DNA of 64,000 nt from Octopus sinensis (GCF_006345805.1 NC_043018.1:28520001-28584000), one strand, 5' to 3'. Positions 1-12,097 are shown, numbered from the stretch's first letter. Notes: generated from the sequence alone by a model not told the origin. Numbers and translations: made by a program.

Positions 1-233
1 GTTGAAAGTAAAGGAATTTTGTTAAAATCTTCGTTCGACTCCATTCTTTCATATGAACACACACGTGTGTATATATATATTATATATGTGTACGTAAATA
101 TGTGTGTGTGCATGTATGTAAGTATGCGTATATGTATGTATTTAACTTTCTTTTTATGTATATATCCCTCTCTCTCTGTATGTATATCTATGTGTGTGTA
201 TGTATATATATATATATATATATACATATACAC

Positions 234-295
<62 letters not shown>

Positions 296-980
296 GTATA
301 TATATTATATATACATACACACACATAGATATACATACAGAGAGAGAGAGGGATATATACATAAAAAGAAACTTAAATACATACATATACGCATACTTAC
401 ATACATGCACACACACATATTTACGTACACATATATAATATATATATACACATGTGTGTGTTCATATGTTTAAACGGATATAAATTCAGTTTTAACACAC
501 AGTAACAGATCATGTGAAATGTTAGACAAGTGCAATTCCTAAATATTAATTGATTGCATTTCCCAGAGAAATGTTGATTGAAAAATGAAATCTACTTTTT
601 ATTGAATCAAGTGTCCGTTTTTTTCTTTTAATTTTAAAACTTTAAAACATTTTTCTAATGGTAATAAAAACTTTTGTTCAATGATTGCTAAAATTGAAGA
701 TGTTATGACATTAAAAGTGAAAAGAATTAATATGCATTCCTGCTATATACATCATAATTCGTTGTACTCTATGCACAAGGACTTAAATTCTGCAGGAGTT
801 TCATCGATATTATCGACTCCGTTGCTCAACAGGTTTTTTTTGTGTCGACACTGAAAGGATGAAATGCAAAGTATAACTCGGCGGAATTTGAACTCAAATC
901 GTAAAGCCCAACAGAGGTAGTCTAGCGGTGGTGGTGGTGGACAAACAAAACAAAGATACAATGACCTACATATGCACACA

Positions 981-1014
<34 letters not shown>

Positions 1015-1237
1015 ATCAATATAGGGTGGCAAAAAATTTCGTAGAATTTATTTGCCACCAGCGGCCTAGTGGGAAAAAATTAAATAGTCATAGACCATTT
1101 ATAAGTTCAACATCACAATCAAGGAATGGCCATAATAGGCCATTCACCCACTAGAAATAACAGCCAAAGCTTCAACCGCAAAATAACAATAATTCCGCAA
1201 ACCAGGAGAAAATTAAAAAAAAACATTTACCCTGTAA

Positions 1238-1342
1238 TTTCTTATACGATGCACCGTTTCATCTATTGTTTAATGGTAAACTAACCTGATTAAATTAAAT
1301 CAAGCCAATCTTCCATAGGCCGATAGATTCGTCAGTAAGTAA
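1238..1342 (-). ncRNA. Type I hammerhead ribozyme (inverted copy, subfamily A)
   Basis: Minus strand: ttactta-CTGACGA-atctat...atagat-GAAA-cggtgcatcg-TA/taagaaa, with one mismatch in stem I. Confidence 0.8.
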
Positions 1343-1519
1343 CAGCCAGATCCGAGCAGATATTATCACGAGGCACCTCTATCCCTGCCTCGGCAATATC
1401 TGACCTAAAATTTTCAAATCATCGCACTCGCGCCAAATTTATCGGCAGCAAATATAAGCCGCCGATTCCCGAGGCAGGGATAGAGGTGCCTCGTGATAAT
1501 ATCTGCTCGGATCTGGCTG

Positions 1520-1624
1520 TTTCTTACTGACGAATCTATCGGCCTATGGAAGATTGGCTTGATTTAATTTAATCAGGTTAGTTTACCATTAAACAATAGA
1601 TGAAACGGTGCATCGTATAAGAAA
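1520..1624 (+). ncRNA. Type I hammerhead ribozyme, unit 1
   Basis: Stem I tttctta (1520-26)/taagaaa (1618-24); core CTGACGA 1527-33; stem II atctat/atagat (1534-39/1596-1601) enclosing 56 nt; GAAA 1602-05; stem III cggtgcatcg; predicted GUA cleavage after 1617. Confidence 0.9.
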
Positions 1625-2004
1625 TTACAGGGTAAATGTTTTTTTTAATTTTCTCCTGGTTTCCGGAATTAATGATATTTTGCGGTTGAAGCTTTGGCTG
1701 TTATTTCTAGTGGGTGAATGGCCTATTATGGCCATTCCTTGATTGTGATGTTGAACTTATAAATGGTCTATGACTATTTAATTTTTTCCCACTAGGCCGC
1801 TGGTGGCAAATAAATTCTAGGAAATTTTTTGCCACCCTATATTGATTAATTATGAATTTTCTGGTTAATTCCGTAATGGAATCGGCGGCTTATATTTGCT
1901 GCCGATAAATTTGGCGCGAGTGCGATGATTTGAAAATTTTAGGTCAGATATTGCCGAGGCAGGGATAGAGGTGCCTCGTGATAATATCTGCTCGGATCTG
2001 GCTG

Positions 2005-2109
2005 TTTCTTACTGACGAATCTATCGGCCTATGGAAGATTGGCTTGATTTAATTTAATCAGGTTAGTTTACCATTAAACAATAGATGAAACGGTGCATCG
2101 TATAAGAAA
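2005..2109 (+). ncRNA. Type I hammerhead ribozyme, unit 2
   Basis: Same motif as 1520-1624, shifted by 485 bp. Confidence 0.9.
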
Positions 2110-2488
2110 TTACAGGGTAAATGTTTTTTTTTAATTTTCTCCTGGTTTGCGGAATTAATGTTATTTTGCGGTTGAAGCTTTGGCTGTTATTTCTAGTGGG
2201 TGAATGGCCTATTATGGCCATTCCTTGATTGTGATGTTGAACTTATAAATGGTCTATGACTATTTAATTTTTTCCCACTAGGCCGCTGGTGGCAAATAAT
2301 TCTACGAAATTTTTTGCCACCCTATATTGATTAATTATGAATTTTCTGGTTAATTCCGTAATGGAATCGGCGGCTTATATTGCTGCCGATAAATTTGGCG
2401 CGAGTGCGATGATTTGAAAATTTTAGGTCAGATATTGCCGAGGCAGGGATAGAGGTGCCTCGTGATAATATCTGCTCGGATCTGGCTG

Positions 2489-2593
2489 TTTCTTACTGAC
2501 GAATCTATCGGCCTATGGAAGATTGGCTTGATTTAATTTAATCAGGTTAGTTTACCATTAAACAATAGATGAAACGGTGCACCGTATAAGAAA
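2489..2593 (+). ncRNA. Type I hammerhead ribozyme, unit 3
   Basis: Same motif; stem III is the perfect palindrome cggtgcaccg. Confidence 0.9.
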
Positions 2594-2858
2594 TTACAGG
2601 GTAAATGTTTTTTTTAATTTTCTCCTGGTTTGCGGAATTAATGTTATTTTGCGGTTGAAGCTTTGGCTGTTATTTCTAGTGGGTGAATGGCCTATTATGG
2701 CCATTCCTTGATTGTGATGATATATATATATATATGTAGGAAATAGTAAGAAGTGAAAAAACTACAGAAGGCTTGTTTTAAAAGGTTAAAAAATATATAT
2801 TTGAGTCAATATGTCTGAAGAATATTATAAATTTTTTTCTTACAATGACATAGTTTAG

Positions 2859-2898
2859 AAGAAATGACCGGTTTCGCGTTTAGCTTTTCAAATTTCTT
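2859..2898 (-). ncRNA. Decayed minimal type I hammerhead in the PLE 3' region
   Basis: Minus strand: aagaaat-TTGAAAA-gc taaac gc-GAAA-ccgg-TC/atttctt. Stem I is a perfect 7 bp; the core differs from CTGAAGA by two transitions. Confidence 0.7.
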
Positions 2899-3007
2899 AC
2901 ATCGTTATGTTTATGTTGAGAAGAGTTATCGTTATGTTTATGTTGAAAAGAGTTCTAGATAAGGGGAGGTAATAAGTGATTTCTTCCGGTGTAAGGGAGA
3001 TAATCGC

Positions 3008-5290
3008 TTAAAATTGTTTGCCTTTCCTTTGGGGTGAATTTCTCTGTATAAGTATGTTGGAATGGTTAAGTCTGGGCTTGTACTTATCAATGAAGAATGT
3101 TTCCTTGTTTAGTCTAATTTGTGTTGGTGTTCCGATAGCACATTGGTAAAATGGAAAGATTAAAAATTGTGGTAGTAGTTGCTTTGCGCATTTCTCAATG
3201 TGCTCACTAATAGGTATCATTCTGTATTCTGGGAATGCAATCTGTTGTCAATGCAGTGTGCATCTACGTCTGAGTGATAGTCCCGTGGATCCCACGTAGT
3301 CTTGGTGGCAGCCCGAGCATTTTATGACATAAATTATGTTTTCAGAGGCACAAGTAAAATTAAATTTGATCTTGAATTTCTGTCCCTCTTTGAAGAGGAA
3401 TTCTGATCCTTCTAGCAGGTTTGGACATGTTGCACAGTTCGATCTACCACATTTTTTTACTTTTGCATCCGTAATTTCAGAAAACAATTTTGCCTTTGTG
3501 AGAATCTTTTTAAGTGATTTAGGCTGTTTGTAGCTTTTAATGATTTGGTGTATGTTTAGAATTTCCTTTAATTTTGGGTTTTTATGAAGTATTGGTAAAT
3601 TCTGGGTGATGATGGTGAAGGCTTCTTTGTTTCTGGGGTTGTATGTGGATATGTAAGGTAGTATTTTCGGGGAAGGTGTGTTGTTGTCTTGAACTTTTCT
3701 TAAAGTTTCTATGTTGATTTCTGTTGCACGTCTGATCCCATCCTCTATGAGTTGAGCTGGGTAATGTCTGTCAATTAGGGTGTTTTTGAGTTCTTGCAGT
3801 CTAAAGTTCCTGGTATTTTGTTCTGACACTATTGTGCATATCCTTCTTGCAAGGTTGAAGGGGGAGTTTGTTTTAGTGTGTCTTGGGTGGCATGAATTAA
3901 AAAGAAGGTATTGTTTGGCGTCTGTGGCTTTGTAAAAAAAATGTCTGTTTCTATTTTAAGGTTAATTTTTTTAATTAGTCTATCCAAGAATGGGAGCTCC
4001 TTTTAGTTGTATTCCATTGTGAACTGTATATTTGGGTTTATGCTGTTCAATAGGTTTTTAAATTTTAGGAGTTTATCTGTGTTTTCATTGCAGAGTATAA
4101 AACAATCGTCCAGGAATCGTTTCCAATTCTCTTTTATGTATTGAGAGAGGGGGTTTCCAAAGATTGATAAAGATTCCTGGTAAATGATTATTTCCAGGTA
4201 GCCCATTGTTAGGTTTGCAATGACTGGTGCTGCCCTTGTACCCATGGCAATTCCAGATTTTTGACGGTAAAATGTATTGTCAAACATGAAGTGGTTATTA
4301 TGAAGGATAAATTCAATTGATTTAGTAATGAATTCTTTACTGATCCGTTTTGGTATTTCTTCCGGAAATTGGTCCAGCCAGAACTGTATTGCCTCCAGTC
4401 CATAATTATGAGGTATACTGGTATATAAGTTAACTACATCAAATGAAACCATGATTGTTTCTTCCTTGGCTTTTTTTGGAAGGTGGTTTAACACATCTAA
4501 GTCATCTCTGATATGGCTATCGATATGTTTAAGGAAGGGTTTCAGGAGGATGTCCATAAATAGACTTAGTCTGTGTGTTTCACAGGTTGGGCCAGCTACA
4601 ATGGGTCGTAGTTTTAGGTCCCCCGGGTTAGGTGTGTGTATGTATGTCTTTGGTGATTTTTTAATGGTTTCATTTATAATTTGGCTTTTATGAATTTTTG
4701 GCAGACCATAGAAAAGGCTAGGTTTGCATTTAAAGTTTGTTAGAAAGTCAATCTCTTTGGTTGTCAGTTCCTTTCCATGGGTTTTAATTAGTGAGGACAG
4801 AGTTTTCATTATTTTTTGCGGGGTGTAGTTGGTAATTTTTTCATAATATTGGTTGTCATCAAGCAAGGAAATTACAAGATTTCTATAGTATGATGTATCC
4901 ATTATTACAACTGCATTTCCCTTATCTGCTTCCTTAATGGTTATATCTTCATCATTTTGAAGTTCTATCAGTTCCTTCCATTGTGTAGTGTTAAAATTTG
5001 AGTTAACTTTCTGTTTATGTATAGTATGGTAGGGAAAGTTCTCAATGTGGTTGCAGAATTCGTCAAGATCTTTATTTCTTCCTCTGTGGGGGATGTGTTC
5101 ACTTTTGTTCTTGACTAGTGATTCATCTTCAGTATTGAAACTGGTTGATGCTTCTGCTAGTCTTAATGTTCTGCAAAATTCTGTTATATTATCCTTGAAT
5201 TCATTTAGGTTGGCTCTGCGTGGAGTTGGTGTAAATTTGAGCCCTTTTGAGAGGATGTCAATTTTTATGTTAGAAAGAGGTTTGGTTTAA
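3008..5290 (-). pseudogene. PLE reverse transcriptase + GIY-YIG endonuclease, broken by stops/frameshifts
   Basis: ORF pieces 4003-4902 (RT), 3248-3829 (thumb/linker/GIY-YIG start) and 3008-3220 (GIY-YIG end) are collinear. There is a stop after IQFTMEYN and frame changes near 3.9 and 3.24 kb. Confidence 0.9.
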
Positions 5291-6479
5291 AGATTGATTA
5301 TCTTCGGTTTTTCCTTTTACTAGGTTCCAGCCTGTGTCCTGGTGTCTCTGATCCCTGGCTAAAAAATGTTGGGTGTAATTTTGTTTGTATGAGTTGTCTG
5401 TGAGGTTGTGTGATATTGGGTCGGGGGAATGGTGGTATTGTTGCCCCCGATTGTTGTGTGTGTGGGAATCTATGGTTGTTTTTGTTTGTGGTGTGTGTAA
5501 ACTTTCTGTATGTGAAATATTTTGGTTTCGAACTGCTTGTATGTGGGATGTTGCTTGACATAGTGTTTTTTTGCGTTTGTCTTGTGTTCAGTGGGGACCA
5601 GTAATTTTGGTTCATGGGGTAGTAGCGACTTGTGTGTGGTGTATTTCTTACTCTAGTGTCGTTTTGTGCTGTATGGTGATTGGGTGTGGTATTAGGATAT
5701 TGTTGGTGTGTTCTGTTTTTGGTGTAATTTATTTCATAGACGCGTTGTCTGTCAGCTTGTTCCCTGTTAAGTCTTGCGTGGTTTGAAAATGTTGGTTGTG
5801 GGTGATTTCTGTTTCTAGTGTATGGAGGATAGTTGGGGGTTGTTCGTGGGTTGTTTGGTTTTTCTTTTTTATTTTTTGTAATTTTCTTAAGGAAGGGATT
5901 ATTTGTATCCAATTCATTTTTGAAAGTTAAACTATATCTTTGGAAGAAATCGTTGCTTTTTTCCCAGCGCAGGAGAGAATTTCTCTCTTCTTTTTCACAG
6001 GTATCCTTCCAATGATCTAATGTATTTTCAAGGGGTTGTCCCTCGGTATGTTTTTGTATTATATTGTGTATCTCCTCGTCGATGCTTTTAAATTTTTCCT
6101 CAAGTAAATAAATATAGTTGAACGCAGATGTTATAAAAATTCTTTTACTTTCGACATATGTTTCGAAGACAACATTGGTTGGTAAACATGTGTTTCGGTT
6201 TCAGTTGCACTGCGCAGCATCTTCTGTTATAACCCCCGGGCCGTCCAAAGCTTGGTGAATAAATTTGGTGGACAGAAACTGCGTGGAAGCCCCTGTATGT
6301 GTGTGTGTATATGTGCCTTACTATTTGTATTTGAACCCACCTCCACAATTAACAGATATTCGTTTGTTTATGATCACGTAACCTGGCGCATCGGCAAAAT
6401 AGATCTATTAATTATGTACCAGAAGTTTAAACCAAAAATTTTTAAAAATACATATTGGGGACGGTTTGTTTGATTAATT

Positions 6480-6785
6480 CCCTCAAGGCGGTACCCCAGC
6501 ATGGCCGCTGCCCAACAACTGAAGTGAATGAAACATAAAACATGGTGACACAACAGAATAATTATCAATCATGATTCATTCTATAAAACACTTGAGGTTA
6601 GTGCTACAGCATGACCGCAGCCCTACGACTGAAATGAGTGAAACATAAAACATGAAGACAAATCAGAATACGTATTAATCATGATTTATTCCTTAAAATT
6701 CTTGAGGTGGGTGCCCCAGCATGACCGCAGTTCAGCGACTGAAAAGTGTAAAGCACAAGAAAAAACATGAAAACAGAGTAAGTAA
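6480..6785 (+). repeat. Three degenerate 110-bp tandem units containing the CORE-SINE 3' tail
   Basis: cagcatg(g/a)ccgc at 6497, 6607 and 6717. Confidence 0.7.
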
Positions 6786-6789
6786 TAAT

Positions 6790-7210
6790 ACTCTTTACTC
6801 TTTTACTTGTTTCAGTCATTTGACTGCGGCCATGCTGGAGCACCGCCTTTAGTCGAGCAAATGAACCCCGGGACTTATTCTTTGTAAGCCCAGTACTTAT
6901 TCTATCGGTCTCTTTTGCCGAACCGCTAAGTTACGGGGACGTAAACACACCAGCATCGGTTGTCAAGCAATGCTAGGGGGACAAACACAGACACACAAAC
7001 ACACACACACATACACATATATATATATATATATATACATATATACGACAGGCTTCTTTCAGTTTCCGTCTACCAAATCCAATCACAAGGCATTGGTCGG
7101 CCCGGAGCTATAGTAGAAGACACTTTCCCAAGATGCCACGCAGTGGGACTGAACCCGGGACGATGTGGTTAATTAGCAAGCCACTTACCACACAGCCACT
7201 TCTGCTCCTA
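6790..7210 (-). mobile_element. tRNA-derived CORE-type SINE (family A), full length
   Basis: tRNA-like head, a CORE-like segment (ggcatcttgggaaagtgtcttctactatagc) resembling the MIR core, an internal microsatellite and an (aaagagt)n tail. There are many homologous copies in the window. Confidence 0.85.
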
Positions 7211-7987
7211 TGTCGATTTGTTTGATAAAACTCTTCACGTTTTTGCTGTAGCAATTCCGCAGGCCCTTGATTGAAACGAGTGATATAAAATATAAAGGAT
7301 ATTAAGTTTAGAAGACCGATATTTGAAATATGTACTTCTCTGACCACACTTTGGTGATAAATTGAGACCGAATATAGAGCAAAAGAAGCGAAAAGTACAC
7401 CATGGATTATTCTTCTCAGCTACTTCACGTTGCACATCGTTAGATTGCACTCGCTCTTTTGACATGACTAAATCTGAAATGTCGCGGGAAATAATAATTT
7501 ATGGAGAAATCATCATAGTAAGTAAAATGAACATACTATCAAATTATAGAAGAAAATCAGTTTGAGGTCATTTTCTTTTTGCCATTTGTTTTTACTGGAG
7601 GTGGATGGGCGCTTGGCGTTGTGATGTCGTATCAGAAATTGTCTTCAAGAATTAACCACTGGGAAGGATATATTCTCTATGAAAAGTTAATTGAAAGTGC
7701 AAAGCAAAAGTGACTCAAGTATTGGACATGTTTTCATCTAAACTGAAGATTTTCATTTTTTCTTTCCTTTTTATGTTTTTTTTAGAACTACAGGTTAATG
7801 ATGAAGAAGAAATAAAACATCTATTCTCTTTTGTTTTTTGTGTATAGAATAGTAAATTGCTTTAACACAATCAAACATATTTCTCTCACCTGCCGACGTC
7901 TGATTTATTGATCAAGTTTTATTATTACTCTTAGAGAAAATACAAATATATGAAACAATTTACCTTAAAGTTCACTCTCTCTCCCTC

Positions 7988-8022
<35 letters not shown>

Positions 8023-8046
8023 GTTTCTCTTCCTACACACACAAAT

Positions 8047-8117
<71 letters not shown>

Positions 8118-9434
8118 TCCAGCTCAAAAAAAGAACATACATATATCGTTTATCTTTTACTTGTTTTAATCATTAGACCAGTATCATGTTTGAGTATCGC
8201 TTTGAAGGGCTTTAGTCGAACTGATCGACCCCAGGAGTTACTTTCTAAGGCTGGGACCTTATCGGCACGAATCCTACTGTACTCTTTCACCACAACTTTG
8301 TCTCACTCCTTCCTGTTTCTGTCATACCTGTGTTTTAAAGGGGGTCAACCTGGTCACACTCTGTGTCACGCTGAATCTCCCCGAGAACTACGTTAAGTGT
8401 ACATGTGTCTGATGAGTGCTCAGACACTTGCACGTTAATTTCACAAGCAGGCTGTTCCGTTGATCGGATCAACTAGAAAAGAAATATAAAAAAAAAAACT
8501 GATAATGAATTAAATAGTCTATAGTAAATATTAGACTCACATATTTTCAGGTTTATTTATGGATAACCATGCACACACGTATGTGTGTTGGAGTGTGCGT
8601 GAGTGTGTATGTTTGTGCGTGTGTCTGCATGCGTGTATGTATGTGTATATGTGTACGCATGTAATGGATGTGCAAAGTTTGTAAGTTCAGATGTTACAAT
8701 ATAAATGCTTAATCGATGCCAATTATTAAAAATACTCCACGTTCATTGTAGGCAAGAAATAATTACAAGTAATTTTTATTGTCTAATTAAATTAATTACC
8801 ACCATTATTCGTTTACGTAAAGAAAAATTAAATCTACAAAAATTAATTTCATATATTAAACTATCAACGATGATTTATGATTATAGTTAAAGGAGATGAC
8901 CATATCTGGATTACAGTACTTTTGTATCAAAGATTTTAGTCATAGTACGTGGCGAATGCGTTTTTGAGATGTGTGTTGCACTGATATACATGCCAATTGG
9001 TAGAACTGCATCATGATCTCCGAAAGTAATGATATTAAAATGACATTGGTGAAATTCGATCCAGTATATAAAATAATCGTTGGCAAATTGCAGCTCATGC
9101 GATTTTTCTCCATAGAATGCCTAACGAAGGATTATTTTGAAATTATCTTTGCAGTACGCGCCGCCGCCTGATGATACAGCATGTCCATTGCGGTCCATTG
9201 CGGTCCACCTCTCGAAAAGGGTTTCAAATGCCGCATTGGAAAGAATACTGCTGGATTCTGTAATCTGCATATTTACAAATGAGGGAGTATATATGTGGTT
9301 TCAAAGTGTATATACCAGTAAGATATTCATGAAATAAATCACTACAAAAAAATGGAGTGATCCCTACCCATCTATCTATCAATATGTTACCCTCATTTTC
9401 TTAGCATAAATATATGTACGCGCGCGCGTGTGTA

Positions 9435-10683
9435 TTGGGTCATCCCATAAATAACGTGGGTTTTTTTTCCAATTGCATGAACTAAAAGTCACAGGGGACG
9501 GGATAAACTCCCTACATCAACTCGCAATAAAAGCAGGTGATAATTTTACCTTGTACTTATTCTTAGTGAAAGTTTTGAAGATTGCAGTTCGATTTTAACA
9601 ATTCTTTTTGAAAGCTATAACACAAGTGACAAAGGAGCACATTCGGTATGTTTTGCAACGGAAAGTGCGAGGAATATTAATGCTGTATATCGGAATCGGA
9701 CAATAAGCATAATTCAGTGTCAAAAGTGTTTCCAGAAATTCTGAGGAGGAAACTACAGCCTAAAAGGCGCGCTTCGTCCTGGAAGATCTGTAGAGCTCGA
9801 TAAGTACGTAAAGCAAACCCTAGTGGAAGAAAATCCCGTCGTAACTGTTGAAGAACTAGCAGAGAAGCTTCGATTTGGTAATTCTACCATTCATCAACAC
9901 ATGCGTGTCATCGGAAAAGTCTGTAAATTGAGTGAATGGGTTCCTCACGAACATTCTGAGTTTAATTTTTACTCTTCTTTGCTGTCATGTCACACGAAAG
10001 AACCTTTTTCGGATCGAATAGTGACTGGTGACAAGAAATGGGTTCTCTATAAAAAAAAAAGTCTAGCGCTGAAGACAGTGGACAAGGAAAGGAGAAACAC
10101 CGGTACCCCAGAATAAAGAAGGTTTTCACCTACGTAAGGTAGTTACCTGTTTGGTGATATATAAACGGTTTAGTCTACTTTGACCTTTTAAACCCAAACC
10201 AAACGATAACAAAAGAGACCTACTGCGAGCAGCTTGAGCTGCTTAAGTCAGCGCTAGAAGAAAAACGACCAAGTTTTGTTTCAAGACCAAACGTGTTCTT
10301 CCATCAAGATAATGCTCAGCCACATACAGCGAGGATGACATTCCACCAAAGGCTGGAGCAGTTTGAATGGAAAACGATACCCCACTTAACATATATACTG
10401 GACGTTGCTCCATCTGATTATTAATTTATTCCGCAGTCTTCAATATCATTTGGACGGAAAAAAATATGAATTCTGGAGACCAGGTCAGAACAGTACTGCA
10501 GAAGCATTTTTCGTGACGGTCAAGTGAATTTTGTAAGAAGGGCTTTGCAAGTCTACCAGAAAGATGGGAGAACATTCTAGAAAATGAAGGAGAGTAATTT
10601 TAGACTTAAAAAGAATTTTCTTTATCATAATTTTGAAAAATGAGATACGTATAAAAAACCGCATTATTTTGGGGATGACCCTA
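9435..10683 (+). mobile_element. Mariner (DD34D-type) DNA transposon, full length, transposase pseudogenised
   Basis: Imperfect TIRs ttgggtcatcccataaataa / ttattttggggatgacccta with a TA left flank; ~1.25 kb; motifs WVPHE, RIVTGDKKW, FHQDNA.PH, DVAPSDY. Confidence 0.9.
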
Positions 10684-10688
10684 CATAA

Positions 10689-10723
<35 letters not shown>

Positions 10724-10745
10724 CATATATATAGGCATATACGCT

Positions 10746-10790
<45 letters not shown>

Positions 10791-10911
10791 TTTGAAACTA
10801 GTTAAAGTTCTTTGTAAAACAAAATTTCTGAGACTGAATATAAAGAAAATAGGTGGAAATGCACGTAGGTGTATTACGATGAATCTCTGGAAAACAAAAG
10901 ATTTTCGATAA

Positions 10912-10960
10912 TATTTTTCCAGGTTTCGACTGTTTTTGCAGTCTTATCAAAATCTAATAT
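10912..10960 (-). ncRNA. Decayed hammerhead-like motif
   Basis: Minus strand: TTGATAA-gactg caaaaa cagtc-GAAA-cctgg-aa. Stem II is a perfect 5 bp; the core and cleavage triplet are mutated and stem I is poor. Confidence 0.4.
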
Positions 10961-11609
10961 TTTTATCAATATTCAATTCGTCACATATTACGAGTGCTTT
11001 CAAGAGATGACATCAAAGATGTCTTGTGTCTTATTATTCTTATCGTAAAAAGAAATAAAAATAGATGCAATGTTGAACCCTTTCTTCAACATATCATTTT
11101 TTTCTCCTTTCCATCTTGATCACAACCGCACACGTTTTCTCTATAAAAAAATTCTAAGACGTTTAAAATTTCAACCTCGTCTGATTCAATGTACATTTTT
11201 ACCTGGATCCCCTTCTGAAGTCCTCCCGCCCCACCTCAACACATTTGTAGATTCAAATGACGTAGATATGTGCGTGTAGGCATAGATATGTATGTATATG
11301 TGTGTGTGTGTGTACGTCTGTATATACGTGTGCATGTATGAATATAGATGTTTATCTATATATATATATGCATATGTATATATACCATATATAACATATA
11401 GACACACACACGCACACACATTTATATATATATATAAGTGTGTGTGCGTACGTATATACCTTCTGGTCCTTTTTCTATCTCGTTAAAAGATTGGAAAAAG
11501 ACCAAAAGCGTGTATAAAATGTATATATATAACCATGCATACCATCTCATACGTACATACACGCACACAAACACACACACGCACACACACAAACACACAC
11601 ACATATATG

Positions 11610-11653
<44 letters not shown>

Positions 11654-11664
11654 TATATATATCC

Positions 11665-11698
<34 letters not shown>

Positions 11699-12097
11699 AA
11701 TGTATGTAAGAACTTATGTTTACTTTTTGTGTGTGTATGTGTGTGTGTATGTGTGTGTGTATGTGTGTGAGTGTGTGTGCGCGCGCGTTGGCGTGTATAC
11801 ACACATCTGAAACCGACGTACACTAAAATAAAAAATACAACTGAAAAGATAGAATTATTTCACAAAAAAGATTTGCATTACTTGACTTCGTTAATTTTGA
11901 TAACGTTATTTTTATTTTGCTTCAATAAAACTCCAAAAGAAATGTCGAAACTGGTGAAAATACAATGTTAACTCTTGTTTTCTATAAAACATGTAATCTA
12001 TGTAAACTAATGTTTTCTATAAAAAATAAAAATTCATTTTAACACACATCGTGTATTTCCACATGTTCCAACGTTTTAAATTATCTTTCTCTCTTTC

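Larger units (their letters stand above)
1011..2719. mobile_element. Retrozyme-like ~485-bp tandem array (subfamily A): inverted segment 1011-1469 plus ~2.6 direct units 1470-2719, bounded by (TA)n
   Basis: The motif cgaggcagggatagagg recurs at 1470, 1955 and 2439 (period 485/484). 1011-1469 is the reverse complement of the same unit. (TA)n tracts flank both ends, and each unit contains a hammerhead motif. Confidence 0.85.
2737..6160 (-). mobile_element. Penelope-like retroelement (Neptune-like Cys-rich linker), near full length, ORF disrupted
   Basis: Minus-strand motifs in order: KGLKFTP, DITIKEADKGNAVVIMD, FYGLPKIHK, RPIV, SFDVVNLYTSIP, GIAMG, RFLDD, IQFTMEY, CGRSNCATC, NIIYVIKCSGCHQDYVGST (GIY-YIG), ETFFIDKYKPRLN. 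Confidence 0.92.

Noticed and set aside
19-473. Long Y/I/V/H/T-rich ORFs here and at many other positions (11.2-12.6, 37.8-38.7, 41.3-41.7, 54.6-55.2 kb etc.)
   Set aside because: They are translations of (TA)n/(CA)n/(TG)n microsatellites, not proteins.
1011-2719. CRISPR array or simple assembly artefact
   Set aside because: There is no repeat-spacer pattern and the context is eukaryotic. Units differ by small substitutions and indels, and diverged homologs with the same inversion style occur at 16-17.5 kb.
8400-8440. CTGATGA followed by a gtgc/gcac stem
   Set aside because: GTTA follows instead of GAAA, and the homologous SINE segment at ~59545 lacks the core, so it is a chance mutation.
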